Source: Alphaproteobacteria bacterium | Lineage (GTDB): Bacteria; Pseudomonadota; Alphaproteobacteria; SMXQ01 | DNA: 44,720 nucleotides | Direction of reading: 5' to 3' | NCBI GenBank assembly: GCA_027292975.1 | Contig: JAPUGG010000077.1 | Span: forward strand, 1 to 44,720 | Shown: piece by piece, positions 35,136 through 44,720 of the stretch | How positions within the stretch are numbered: the stretch's first letter is position 1 | Layout: the number at the start of each line of letters is the position of its first letter | The notes under the pieces: generated by a model | The model's database searches: none | What the model was told of the DNA's origin: nothing | What the model saw: the letters and a program-made list of their open reading frames with translations, nothing else | Translations under genes and position numbers: made by a program

Positions 35136-35170
35136 GTCAAATGGTTCAATCTGGCCGGATAATGCTCTAT
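35135..35170 (+). repeat. Interspersed repeat copy d (GGTCAAATGGTTCAATCTGGCCGGATAATGCTCTAT)
   Basis: 29/32 identical to copy c. It fills the 31-nt convergent spacer between the SDR gene and der, and it includes the der stop codon. Confidence 0.75.
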
Positions 35171-36516
35171 GCCCCCTCAACGTAGGGGTTTCGCCCGGCC
35201 CGGAGGATCACGCGGAGCGGCACCCCGGCGAGGCCGAAGGCATCGCGCAAACCGTTTTCCAGATACCTGAGATAGCTCGCCGAAACCCGTTGGGGCCGGC
35301 CGGTGAACAGGATGAATGTGGGCGGCCGCGCCTTGGCCTGGGTGATATAGCGCAGCCGCATGCGCCGGCCGCCGGCGGCGGGCGGCGGGTGGCGGGACAC
35401 CAGGGCCTCAAGCCAGCGGTTGAGCTCTCCCGTGGGAATCCGCGTATTCCACAGTTCATAGGTCTTGAACACCGCCGCCATGAGGCGATCCAGATTGCGC
35501 CCGGTGAGGGCCGATAAAGTGACCGTGGCAATCCCCTTGACCTGGGGGAGCGAGGTTTCCAGCCGGTCGTGCAGCTTGCTCAGCGCGCCGTCGGGGTCGT
35601 CCACGAGATCCCACTTATTGGCGGCAATCACCAGCGCGCGGCCCTCTTCCACCACCTTGCGTGCGATGGCCAGATCCTGGCGTTCCAGCATAACCGTTGC
35701 ATCGACCACCAGAACCACCAGTTCGGCGAGCCGGATGGCGCGCTCGGTTTCGGTGACCGACAGCCGCTCGAGCCTTTCGGTCACATTGGCCCGCCGCCGC
35801 AACCCGGCGGTGTCCACCAAACGGACGGCGCGGCCGCCATAATCCCAATCCACCGGAACCGCGTCCCGGGTGATCCCAGGTTCCGGCCCCGTGACCATCC
35901 GTTCGGTGCCGATGAGCCCGTTGACCAAGGTGGATTTGCCGACATTGGGCCGTCCAACCACGGCGAGCCGCAGGGGACCGCTGTCTTCGTCCGCCACCTC
36001 CCATGGGGCGTCGGTCTCAAAAGGGGCCAAAGCCTCCCTTAGGGCATCGGACAATCCTTCCATGCCGATGCCATGTTCCGCCGAAACCATGACCGGGTCG
36101 CCAAGCCCAAGGGAGAAACCTTCCAGCGCCCCGGCCTTGCCCGCCGAGGATTCACATTTGTTGGCGATAACGATGACGGAAATGCCGCTTTCGCGGAGCC
36201 AGCCGGCGAAATGGCCGTCCAGCGGGGTGACCCCGGCCCGGGCGTCGAACAACATCAGCGCCACATCGGACTGGGCGAGGGCAGCTTCGGCCTGTGCCCG
36301 GATGGCGGCCTCGATGGTTCCGGCGCGCGCTTCTTCGAGTCCCGGCGTATCGAGGAGACGAAATTCAAGTTCCCCCAGGCGGCCTGTTCCCTCCTGCCAA
36401 TCGCGGGTGACACCCGGGGTCCGCTCGACAATGGCCAGGCGTTTGCCGACAAGCCGATTGAAAAGGGTGGACTTCCCCACATTGGGGCGCCCGATGATCG
36501 CCACCGTCGCTGTCAT
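35167..36516 (-). CDS. der: Ribosome-biogenesis GTPase Der (EngA)
   Basis: 449 aa with two G domains, each with GRPNVGKST, and a KH-like C-terminus. The stop codon TAG lies in repeat copy d. Confidence 0.97.
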   Translation of the reverse strand: MTATVAIIGRPNVGKSTLFNRLVGKRLAIVERTPGVTRDWQEGTGRLGELEFRLLDTPGLEEARAGTIEAAIRAQAEAALAQSDVALMLFDARAGVTPLDGHFAGWLRESGISVIVIANKCESSAGKAGALEGFSLGLGDPVMVSAEHGIGMEGLSDALREALAPFETDAPWEVADEDSGPLRLAVVGRPNVGKSTLVNGLIGTERMVTGPEPGITRDAVPVDWDYGGRAVRLVDTAGLRRRANVTERLERLSVTETERAIRLAELVVLVVDATVMLERQDLAIARKVVEEGRALVIAANKWDLVDDPDGALSKLHDRLETSLPQVKGIATVTLSALTGRNLDRLMAAVFKTYELWNTRIPTGELNRWLEALVSRHPPPAAGGRRMRLRYITQAKARPPTFILFTGRPQRVSASYLRYLENGLRDAFGLAGVPLRVILRAGRNPYVEGA

Positions 36517-36519
36517 GGG

Positions 36520-37848
36520 TCAGCGCCAAGCGATGAGCTCGGCGTCTCGGGTCAGAAGGTAAAGGGTGCCCCGCGCGATGATCGGCGCGATCTCCACCCC
36601 ATCGGCAACCTTGATCCGGCCCAGCAGATCACCGGTATAGGGCGATACCGCCAGGACCTGCTTGTTGGTCCCGGCCAGGATGAGCCGATCTCCCGCCAGC
36701 ACAGGCCCCGACCAGGAAATCCAGTCGCGCCGCTTTTTTTCGTCCTGGTAGCGATCCAACGTCCGCCCCCAGACAACCCGTCCGTCACGCCGCCTTAGGC
36801 AGACAAGCACGTTGTCGGTGGTGACGAGATAGAGATAGGCCCCTGCCGACCAGGGCGTGCTGGTGGCGCCGATACGCCGCTGCCATATGCGTGTCCCAGA
36901 GGCCAGGGACAAGGCAACCATGTAACCGGAGTTGCTGACCGCAAAGACCCGGCCCCGGTCGATAACCGGCGAGGCCAGAATATCGGCAATGGTGCCGACC
37001 CCACTGGTGCGCCGGCGCTGGGAAAGAAAATCAGACCAGATTTCCCGGCCGTCGACGGCCCTCAGACCAAACAATTCACCCGACGAATAGGCCACCACCA
37101 GCGTGCCGCGCTCATACGCCGGCGCCGCTCCACCCAAAAGAGAGGCTTGCTCGACCGTCCCCCGATGGGTCCACAGCTCTTTTCCGGTTTCCGCCTCCAG
37201 CGCATGGGTGCGGTTGTCCGTGGAGACGGCAAACACGCGCCCATCGGCGACCGTGGGCGCCGAACGGAAGGGCGCGGAGAGGCTCTTTCGCCATAACACG
37301 CGACCGTCTCCCGCATCGAGGGCCAAAACCTGGGCGAATCCGGTGGTCACGAACACCCTACCGCCGACGGCGGCCAATCCCGCGCCAAGCGTGCCCTCCC
37401 GCTCTTCCTTGGGCCTGAGGTCCCTGGCCCATAGCCGGGTTCCCGTCTTGGCATCGAACACGTAGATGCGGGCATGGGCGTCGAGGACGAAGATGCGCCC
37501 GTCGGCATCGACCACCGGTTGCGCCAGCAGGCGGCGCTCATCGGTGGAGCCACGGCCCGCGCTGACCTTAAAGGCGCGCCGGGGCGACGCGCCCAAGGCG
37601 AGGTGATAAGGCGCATGGGTCGCCGCTCCACCCGCCAGGGCCCATGCGACGTTGGCCACCGGTGGGGCGACCACGATCCGCGTGTCGGCAAGCGCTTTAT
37701 CCGCCCTGAGGTTCGATCCCTGGACCATGACCGGAACCCGCTTGCCCTCGAGCCGCGGCGCCTTGGGCTCGGTAAACGTGCAAGCCCCCAAAAGCAGACC
37801 AACCAGCGCGGGCACGACAGCGGCCAAATGGAAAGAACAATGTCTCAT
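36520..37848 (-). CDS. bamB: Outer-membrane protein assembly factor BamB (PQQ-like beta-propeller lipoprotein)
   Basis: 442 aa with the lipobox LLLGAC and repeated beta-propeller blades. It has the conserved yfgM-bamB-der order. Confidence 0.88.
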   Translation of the reverse strand: MRHCSFHLAAVVPALVGLLLGACTFTEPKAPRLEGKRVPVMVQGSNLRADKALADTRIVVAPPVANVAWALAGGAATHAPYHLALGASPRRAFKVSAGRGSTDERRLLAQPVVDADGRIFVLDAHARIYVFDAKTGTRLWARDLRPKEEREGTLGAGLAAVGGRVFVTTGFAQVLALDAGDGRVLWRKSLSAPFRSAPTVADGRVFAVSTDNRTHALEAETGKELWTHRGTVEQASLLGGAAPAYERGTLVVAYSSGELFGLRAVDGREIWSDFLSQRRRTSGVGTIADILASPVIDRGRVFAVSNSGYMVALSLASGTRIWQRRIGATSTPWSAGAYLYLVTTDNVLVCLRRRDGRVVWGRTLDRYQDEKKRRDWISWSGPVLAGDRLILAGTNKQVLAVSPYTGDLLGRIKVADGVEIAPIIARGTLYLLTRDAELIAWR

Positions 37849-37862
37849 TATGAAATCGCTGC

Positions 37863-38507
37863 CTATTTCCCGATCACGGCTAGGAATTCCGCGGCCCGCG
37901 CCCTTAATCTGGACGGCGCGCGATCGTCGTCGGCCAGCATTCGGTAGACCGATTTGGCGGCGGAGACGTCGCCACGGCGGCGATGGAGCAACGCGGTGAT
38001 TTCAAGGGCTGAGAAGCGCCACGGGCTTGAGTCCTCGGTCAAAGGCTTGAGCCTATCGGCCAGGGCCTTGGGCTCCGCCCGATCGGCCACGCCCAAAGCA
38101 TAGAGGATCAGGGCGAGATTACGGAAGACCGCGTCGGCGCCTTCGTCTTGGGCGACGGAATCGTAGATCTGGGCGGCCGCGGCTTCATTGCCCTGGCGCG
38201 CCAGGACGGCGGCCTCCTGGAAACGGGCGAGGTCGCGGTAACCGGCGGCGCCGTCCTTGCCGAGGGCGTGGAAAGCGGCAAGTGCACCGGCGCTCTTGCC
38301 CGCGGCCGCAAGATCGATGGCATTGACGTATTGCAAACCAGATTCAATCCGCAAATTAACCTGGTATTGGCGCCATCCCACGCCGCCCGCCACGGCGATG
38401 ACGATCAAAAGCACGGCACCCACGGCGAATTTGCCGTATTTGCGCCAGAGCTCGAGATAACGCTCGCGCTTTAGTTCCTCATCGACTTCTTCGATAAAGT
38501 TGTCCAT
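37863..38507 (-). CDS. YfgM-like membrane-anchored tetratricopeptide-repeat protein
   Basis: 214 aa. The N-terminus EEVDEELKRERYLELWRKYG is followed by one TM segment and Ala-rich TPR-like helices. It lies upstream of bamB. Confidence 0.75.
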   Translation of the reverse strand: MDNFIEEVDEELKRERYLELWRKYGKFAVGAVLLIVIAVAGGVGWRQYQVNLRIESGLQYVNAIDLAAAGKSAGALAAFHALGKDGAAGYRDLARFQEAAVLARQGNEAAAAQIYDSVAQDEGADAVFRNLALILYALGVADRAEPKALADRLKPLTEDSSPWRFSALEITALLHRRRGDVSAAKSVYRMLADDDRAPSRLRARAAEFLAVIGK

Positions 38508-38737
38508 TGGCTCGCCAACCTTGCATTTGCGGCGCTACCATACCCGCCCCGCCCAGTGCTTGCAATCGGGCCGCAGCGGCCCGGTGGCACGTCTCAATCG
38601 CCGCCGCCGCAGGGTCAGAGACCGCAGGTTTTACCGACCGCGAGCCTGGACGAAAGGTCGAAAATCGTCAACAATACGGACAACCAAACGCTACCACCGG
38701 CCAAGGGTGGGGTCTAAGGGAGCCGATCAGTACACCG

Positions 38738-39076
38738 ATGACCAACGTATACCGTCTTGCCGATTACAAACGCAGGATGCGCGTTTTCTGCTTTACGCGT
38801 CCCGAACTTGATCTCTTGTTATCTCTTTACAGCCGCCGAGTCATCGCCGGTGTCTGGAAAGCCTACGCCATCGATCACGAAGGCGGCATTGCCCAGTTTT
38901 CGATTTTTTCCCACGCCCGCGCGCAGCCGCTCTACACCATCGTCAAGAGGCGGCTGCCATCCGATCGATCACCGAACTACTTGGTTTTGAAAGAAAATGC
39001 CAAGATCGCGCAGTCGGACAACCTGTCCGGCGCGCTTGCCGTATTCGACCGCGATCTGAAATTGGTCTCGCCCTAA
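38738..39076 (+). CDS. DUF2794-like small conserved protein
   Basis: 112 aa from ATG 38738: MTNVYRLADYKRRMRVFCFTRPELDLLLSLYSRRVIAGVWKAYAIDHEGG. This resembles the alphaproteobacterial DUF2794 family as I recall it. The upstream part of the ORF-track entry 38507.. is unlikely to be coding. Confidence 0.65.
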   Translation: MTNVYRLADYKRRMRVFCFTRPELDLLLSLYSRRVIAGVWKAYAIDHEGGIAQFSIFSHARAQPLYTIVKRRLPSDRSPNYLVLKENAKIAQSDNLSGALAVFDRDLKLVSP

Positions 39077-39128
39077 GGAAGCCTTGTCAGGGGACCCGGG
39101 TTTGGGGAATCCTTGTCCGGGGACCCGG
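39077..39128. repeat. Two 23-nt imperfect direct repeats GGAA[G/T]CCTTGTC[A/C]GGGGACCCGG (39077-39099, 39106-39128)
   Basis: 21/23 identical with a 29-nt period. Together they fill nearly all of the 60-nt convergent spacer between the DUF2794-like gene and ppiC. Confidence 0.75.
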
Positions 39129-39136
39129 CTCCGGGC

Positions 39137-39457
39137 TCACCCTTTACGCTGGATCAGGTGAAAGCCGAAATCGGTCTCCACCACGTCGGAGGTTTCGCCC
39201 ACCTCAAGCGCAAAGGCGGCGTCTTCGAAGGCGCCGACCATCTGTCCCCGGCCAAAGGCGCCGAGATCCCCGCCATGCTTTCCCGATGGGCAGTCGGAAT
39301 TCTCTGCCGCCAATTGCTCGAAATCGCCGCCATCGGCCAATTCCTTGACCAGGGCCTGGATTTCCGACAGGGCTTCTTCCTTGCTGCGCTTCGCCGTCGA
39401 GTCGGCCGATCCCTCGTACATCAAAAGGATATGGGATGCTTGCACTTGGTCGGCCAT
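39137..39457 (-). CDS. ppiC: Parvulin-type peptidyl-prolyl cis-trans isomerase (PpiC-like)
   Basis: 106 aa with ASHILL...CPSGKHGGDLGAFGRGQMVGAFEDAAF...FGFHLI, closely parallel to E. coli Par10. Confidence 0.9.
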   Translation of the reverse strand: MADQVQASHILLMYEGSADSTAKRSKEEALSEIQALVKELADGGDFEQLAAENSDCPSGKHGGDLGAFGRGQMVGAFEDAAFALEVGETSDVVETDFGFHLIQRKG

Positions 39458-39491
39458 GATCTTGTTCTCCGTTGGTGTTTGGCTTTGCGGC

Positions 39492-41048
39492 CTATTCCCA
39501 CTCGATGGTCCCCGGCGGCTTCGAGGTTACGTCATAGACCACCCGATTCACACCGCGAACCTCGTTGATGATGCGGTTGGCGACACGGCCGAGGAATTTA
39601 TGGTCGAAGGGGTAGTAATCGGCCGTCATGCCGTCGGTCGACGTCACCGCCCTGAGCGCTAGGGCAAATTCATAGGAGCGCTCTTCTCCCATGACGCCGA
39701 CCGCCCGCACCGGCAGCAGCACCGCGAAAGCCTGCCAGATAACGTCGTAGAGCCCGGCACCGCGGATTTCATCGAGGTAGATCACATCCGCCTTGCGCAA
39801 GATATCGAGTTTTTCCACCGTGATCTCGCCGGGCACGCGGATCGCGAGCCCCGGCCCCGGGAAGGGATGGCGACCGACCATGGAGTCCGGCAAGCCGAGC
39901 TCGCGGCCGAGCGCGCGCACCTCGTCCTTGAACAATTCCCGCAACGGTTCGACCAAACCCATCTTCATGCGTTCGGGCAGGCCGCCGACGTTATGGTGGG
40001 ACTTGATGGTGGCGCTTGGCCCACCGGCGAACGAGACCGATTCGATGACGTCCGGATACAACGTGCCCTGGGCCAGAAAATCGGCGCCGCCGGCCTTCTC
40101 GGCTTCGCTCTCGAAGACATCGATGAAGGTTGCGCCGATGATCTTCCTTTTCTCCTCGGGATCGCTGACCCCGGCAAGCCTGCCGAGGAACAATTCGGCC
40201 GCATCCTTATGGATCAGAGGAATGTTGTAATTGCCCCGGAACACGGTGAGGACCTGCTCGGCCTCGCCCGCGCGCAAGAGGCCGGTATCGACGAAAACAC
40301 CGGTCAGCTGATCGCCGATGGCTTCGTGGATCAGAACCGCGGCGACCGACGAATCGACCCCGCCGGAAACACCACAGATGACCCGCTTGTCGCCCACTTG
40401 ATCGCGGATGGCGGCGACGGCTCTCTCGCGGAAGGCACCCATGGTCCAATCGCCCTCAAGCCCGGCGATAGCGAACAGGAAGTTGGCGATCAGCTTGGCC
40501 CCGTCGGGGGTATGGATCACCTCCGGGTGGAATTGGAGGCCATAGAAATTCCGTTTCACGTTGGCGATGGCCGCATAGGGCGCATCATCGCTACGGGCGA
40601 TGACCTCGAAACCGTCGGGGATTTCGATCACCCGGTCGCCGTGGTTCATCCACACCTGTTCGCGCGCACCGATGGACCATACCCCTTCGAACAGGGGAAC
40701 CGTGGCCTCGATGTCGATAAAGGCGCGCCCGAATTCCCGGTGTTCGGCGTTTTCCACTCGACCGCCGAGCTGGGCCACCATGGTCTGCTGCCCATAACAG
40801 ATGCCGAGCACCGGCACGCCCAAGGCAAACACCTCTTCGGGCGCGCTGGGCGCCGTGCCCGCGGTGACCGAGGCTGGGCCGCCGGAAAGGATTATGGCGG
40901 CGGGATCAAGGGCGGCGATCGCTTGGGAGGCCCCATTGAAAGGGACGATTTCGCAATAGACGCCAGCTTCGCGGACCCGCCGGGCGATCAACTGGGTCAC
41001 CTGAGACCCGAAATCCAAGATCAGGACCGACTGACGCGACTCGACCAT
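39492..41048 (-). CDS. guaA: GMP synthase (glutamine-hydrolysing)
   Basis: The true start is [27 protein letters not shown] at ATG 41048. It has the GATase catalytic block ICYGQQ, the ATP-PPase motif [10 protein letters not shown] and the C-terminus PPGTIEWE. Confidence 0.97.
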   Translation of the reverse strand: MVESRQSVLILDFGSQVTQLIARRVREAGVYCEIVPFNGASQAIAALDPAAIILSGGPASVTAGTAPSAPEEVFALGVPVLGICYGQQTMVAQLGGRVENAEHREFGRAFIDIEATVPLFEGVWSIGAREQVWMNHGDRVIEIPDGFEVIARSDDAPYAAIANVKRNFYGLQFHPEVIHTPDGAKLIANFLFAIAGLEGDWTMGAFRERAVAAIRDQVGDKRVICGVSGGVDSSVAAVLIHEAIGDQLTGVFVDTGLLRAGEAEQVLTVFRGNYNIPLIHKDAAELFLGRLAGVSDPEEKRKIIGATFIDVFESEAEKAGGADFLAQGTLYPDVIESVSFAGGPSATIKSHHNVGGLPERMKMGLVEPLRELFKDEVRALGRELGLPDSMVGRHPFPGPGLAIRVPGEITVEKLDILRKADVIYLDEIRGAGLYDVIWQAFAVLLPVRAVGVMGEERSYEFALALRAVTSTDGMTADYYPFDHKFLGRVANRIINEVRGVNRVVYDVTSKPPGTIEWE

Positions 41049-41055
41049 GGGGCGA

Positions 41056-42564
<1,509 letters not shown>

Positions 42565-42566
42565 CT

Positions 42567-42594
42567 ATCATACAGATAAGCATCCCCATGCCAA
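42567..42594 (-). promoter_or_regulatory. Candidate promoter for guaB-guaA (TTGGCA-N16-TATGAT on the minus strand)
   Basis: Hexamers were read on the reverse complement. GAGGTG lies upstream of the guaB ATG. Confidence 0.3.
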
Positions 42595-42642
42595 GCGGAT
42601 TGAAAAGAACCGCGGCTCTCGAATACAAATTCGACCGGGTGA

Positions 42643-43380
42643 TCAACTCTTTTGCCCGGCGCTTCCCCGAAAGTCCGTGGCGATGACGAAAATTTCCGCC
42701 GAATCCTTGCGGCTGGCGGGGGGCTTAACGTGGCGCACCGTCCGGAAATCCCGCTTAAGGGAGTCCAGGAGGTCCTTTTCGGTCCCGCCGCGGAGCACCT
42801 TTCCCACGAACACACCGCCGGGCTTGAGCACCTCCCGGGCAAAAGCGTAGGCCGCATCGAGCAACGCCATGACGCGCAGGTGATCGGTGGCGGCGTGGCC
42901 GGTCGCCGGCGCCGCCATGTCGCTCAATACGACGTCGGCGGGGCCGTCGAGGGCGGCACCAATGCGCGCCGGGGCATCGTCGGACAGAAAATCGAGGTTC
43001 ACAAGGCCGACACCGGCAATGGCGTCCATTTCCTCGCAATCGACCGCCACCACCGCACCGCCGCCCGGACTCCCCGCTTTGACGCGCTCGGCCGCCACCT
43101 GGGACCAGCCGCCGGGCGCCGCGCCCAGGTCGACCACCAGGCCGCCGGGTTTCAAGAACCGGAACCGGTCGTCGAGTTCCACCAGCTTGAATGCGGCCCT
43201 GGAGCGATATCCCCGCCTGCGGGCGGCCGCCACGTAGGGATCACGAAGTTGTCGGGTCAACCATCGGATCGACGATAGGCGGCGCCCCTTGGCGGTCTTG
43301 AGGCGCTTGGAGCGGCCATGGTCAGCGGCCCTCACGCCTGCGGGCAACCCGCTCCGGCGTCTCGCTCGGCGGCCACGCAC
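42643..43380 (-). CDS. rlmE: 23S rRNA (uridine2552-2'-O)-methyltransferase RlmE (FtsJ)
   Basis: 245 aa with a GTG start, WLTRQLRDPYV, the SAM motif VVDLGAAPGGWSQV and DMAAPATG. Confidence 0.92.
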   Translation of the reverse strand: MRGRRARRRSGLPAGVRAADHGRSKRLKTAKGRRLSSIRWLTRQLRDPYVAAARRRGYRSRAAFKLVELDDRFRFLKPGGLVVDLGAAPGGWSQVAAERVKAGSPGGGAVVAVDCEEMDAIAGVGLVNLDFLSDDAPARIGAALDGPADVVLSDMAAPATGHAATDHLRVMALLDAAYAFAREVLKPGGVFVGKVLRGGTEKDLLDSLKRDFRTVRHVKPPASRKDSAEIFVIATDFRGSAGQKS

Positions 43381-43385
43381 GGGTC

Positions 43386-44462
43386 TCAGCCCCCGCCCGC
43401 GCCGGGTCTCGCCTCGAGCCCCATCAATCCTAGGAGGATTCCCTCCCGCACGCCCCGGTCGGCGACCCGCAGTCGGCCGATACGCCAGGTTCGGCAGATC
43501 GCTTCAAGAATGGCGCAGCCCGCGACCACCAAGTCGGCCCGCACGATTCCGACACAGGGCTCTCGGGCGCGACCGTCGAAATCGAGTTCCATCAAGTGAC
43601 GGGTGACGGCAGCGATATCGTCGAAATCCATGAATGAGCCATCCACCACCGAACGATCGTAGGCGGCCAGGCCCAGATGGATGCCTGCCAGGGTGGTCAC
43701 CGTACCCGATGTTCCCAACATTTGGACATGGCCGCCATCGATGGCATCAGAGATCCCGTTGCGGGTTCCGAAATCGACGAGTTCCTCGGCGATGACCCGC
43801 ACCATGGTTTCGAATTGATCGCCCCTGATTTCCCCACCGCCATGAATCTCGGCAAGATTCACGACGCCTATGGGTATGGAAAGGGTATCGATGACGACCA
43901 CGCCGCCATCACCGGGGGTTTCGACCCACATCACTTCGGTGGACCCGCCACCGATATCGAACACGATCCCATAGCGGTATCCCTCGACCAGAAGCGGCAC
44001 ACAGCCCGAAAGGGCGAGACGCGCCTCCTCGTCGGTGGAAATGATCTCGAAATCCAAGCCGGTTTCGGCCCTAATGCGATCGAGAAACTGAGCGCAGTTC
44101 GCCGCCCGCCGGCAGGCCTCGGTCGCCACGTTGCGGGCCGTCATGACCTTCTTGCGCGCCATTTTCGACGCGCAAACGCGGAGCGCTGCGATGGTCCTGT
44201 CCATGGCCGCGTCGGTCAGGCGGCCGGCGCTCTCGAGACCCTCGCCCAAGCGCACGATTCGTGAAAAGGCATCCACCACCCGAAAGGTTCCGCCGTCGAG
44301 TTCGGCGACCAGCAAGCGGCAGTTATTGGTGCCGAGGTCGAGCGCGGCAAAAGTCGCGCCCCCGCCGCCGTTCTTCCGGTTGGCGGACCGCCGTCTGGCG
44401 CGCCCGAACTTTCCCGCCCGGGCCCCCGGCCGTCGGCGGGTCTTCGTCTGCTCGATCTTCAT
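43386..44462 (-). CDS. Ppx/GppA family phosphatase
   Basis: It has the ASKHA-fold motifs ALDLGTNNCRLLV and FDIGGGSTE. The start is probably ATG 44462 (MKIEQTK...); the ORF-track start 44567 is an extension. It ends 5 nt before rlmE. Confidence 0.88.
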   Translation of the reverse strand: MKIEQTKTRRRPGARAGKFGRARRRSANRKNGGGGATFAALDLGTNNCRLLVAELDGGTFRVVDAFSRIVRLGEGLESAGRLTDAAMDRTIAALRVCASKMARKKVMTARNVATEACRRAANCAQFLDRIRAETGLDFEIISTDEEARLALSGCVPLLVEGYRYGIVFDIGGGSTEVMWVETPGDGGVVVIDTLSIPIGVVNLAEIHGGGEIRGDQFETMVRVIAEELVDFGTRNGISDAIDGGHVQMLGTSGTVTTLAGIHLGLAAYDRSVVDGSFMDFDDIAAVTRHLMELDFDGRAREPCVGIVRADLVVAGCAILEAICRTWRIGRLRVADRGVREGILLGLMGLEARPGAGGG

Positions 44463-44575
44463 GGGGCGAATTTTACCGAAACTTGGTCGCGCAGCGAAGC
44501 GGTAAGTCGCAGGCATATCTCGGGCCGAGAGGCCGCGCGGCCGGGAAACACCACCGATTGGGCCCAAGGCGGCTC

Positions 44576-44605
44576 TTGCAACTGATTTTTAGCAAAAGAT
44601 ATGTT
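44576..44605 (+). promoter_or_regulatory. Candidate promoter for tRNA-Gln (TTGCAA-N17/18-ATATGT/TATGTT)
   Basis: This is an AT-rich stretch unusual for the window, about 40 nt upstream of the tRNA 5' end. Confidence 0.3.
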
Positions 44606-44645
44606 AGAAGCCAGGCCAACCGGAATATTGCCGGCGCGCCCCTGG

Positions 44646-44719
44646 TGGGGGATAGTTTAACGGTAGAACGAGCGGCTCTGACCCGCTTAGTCCTGGTTCG
44701 AATCCAGGTCCCCCAGCCA
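44646..44719 (+). tRNA. tRNA-Gln (anticodon CUG), CCA encoded
   Basis: Hand-folded cloverleaf: acceptor TGGGGGA/TCCCCCA (U1-A72 as in E. coli tRNA-Gln), D stem GTTT/GAAC, anticodon stem AGCGG/CCGCT with loop CTCTGAC, T stem CCTGG/CCAGG with loop TTCGAAT, discriminator G, then CCA. Total 74 nt. Confidence 0.9.
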
Positions 44720-44720
44720 C

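Noticed and set aside
4600-35170. The possibility that the AATGCTCTAG repeats are a CRISPR array or a tandem array.
   Set aside because: Copies are dispersed over 30 kb at unrelated loci, not regularly spaced with unique spacers, and no cas genes are present.
44568-44720. tRNA-Gln at the window edge as a possible genomic-island integration site.
   Set aside because: Nothing upstream looks foreign: there is no integrase, no direct repeat of the tRNA 3' end and no compositional shift. Sequence downstream of the tRNA is outside the window, so no claim can be made.

Overview
GC-rich (roughly 60-65% by eye) chromosomal core segment, almost certainly alphaproteobacterial. The gene order looks Rhodospirillales-like: rpsF-rpsR-membrane protein-rplI, dnaB-alr-radA-cvpA-purF, and fabD-fabG-acpP-fabF-mltG. 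I call 45 protein genes and one tRNA-Gln(CUG), nearly all housekeeping. They cover purine synthesis (purM, purN, purF, guaA, guaB), outer-membrane/LPS biogenesis (lptF, lptG, lptD, surA, bamB, mlaEF), fatty-acid synthesis, ribosomal proteins, replication/repair (dnaB, radA, holC) and small-molecule enzymes. Many ORF-track entries carry false N-terminal extensions, which I trimmed using conserved N-termini and 4-nt ATGA/GTGA stop-start overlaps. The long ORFs antisense to known genes are high-GC artefacts. I saw no transposase, integrase, phage gene, CRISPR array or recognisable defence gene. The most unusual signal is an interspersed repeat of about 32-36 bp with core AATGCTCTAG. It has three near-identical copies plus several degenerate, inverted or palindromised copies at gene boundaries. 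In one frame the copies encode a 9-codon mini-ORF, and the differences between the two best copies are all synonymous in that frame. Copies bracket a small unlisted membrane-protein gene and an SDR gene, and they supply the stop codon or C-terminal codons of neighbouring genes. Secondary observations are: purM has no canonical start codon (ATT behind a perfect AAGGAGG, or a slip in a (GC)n tract); there is an unlisted 40-codon aa3 oxidase subunit IV-like gene; and there are several palindromes and direct repeats at gene junctions. All family names come from motif recognition and memory, not from database searches.
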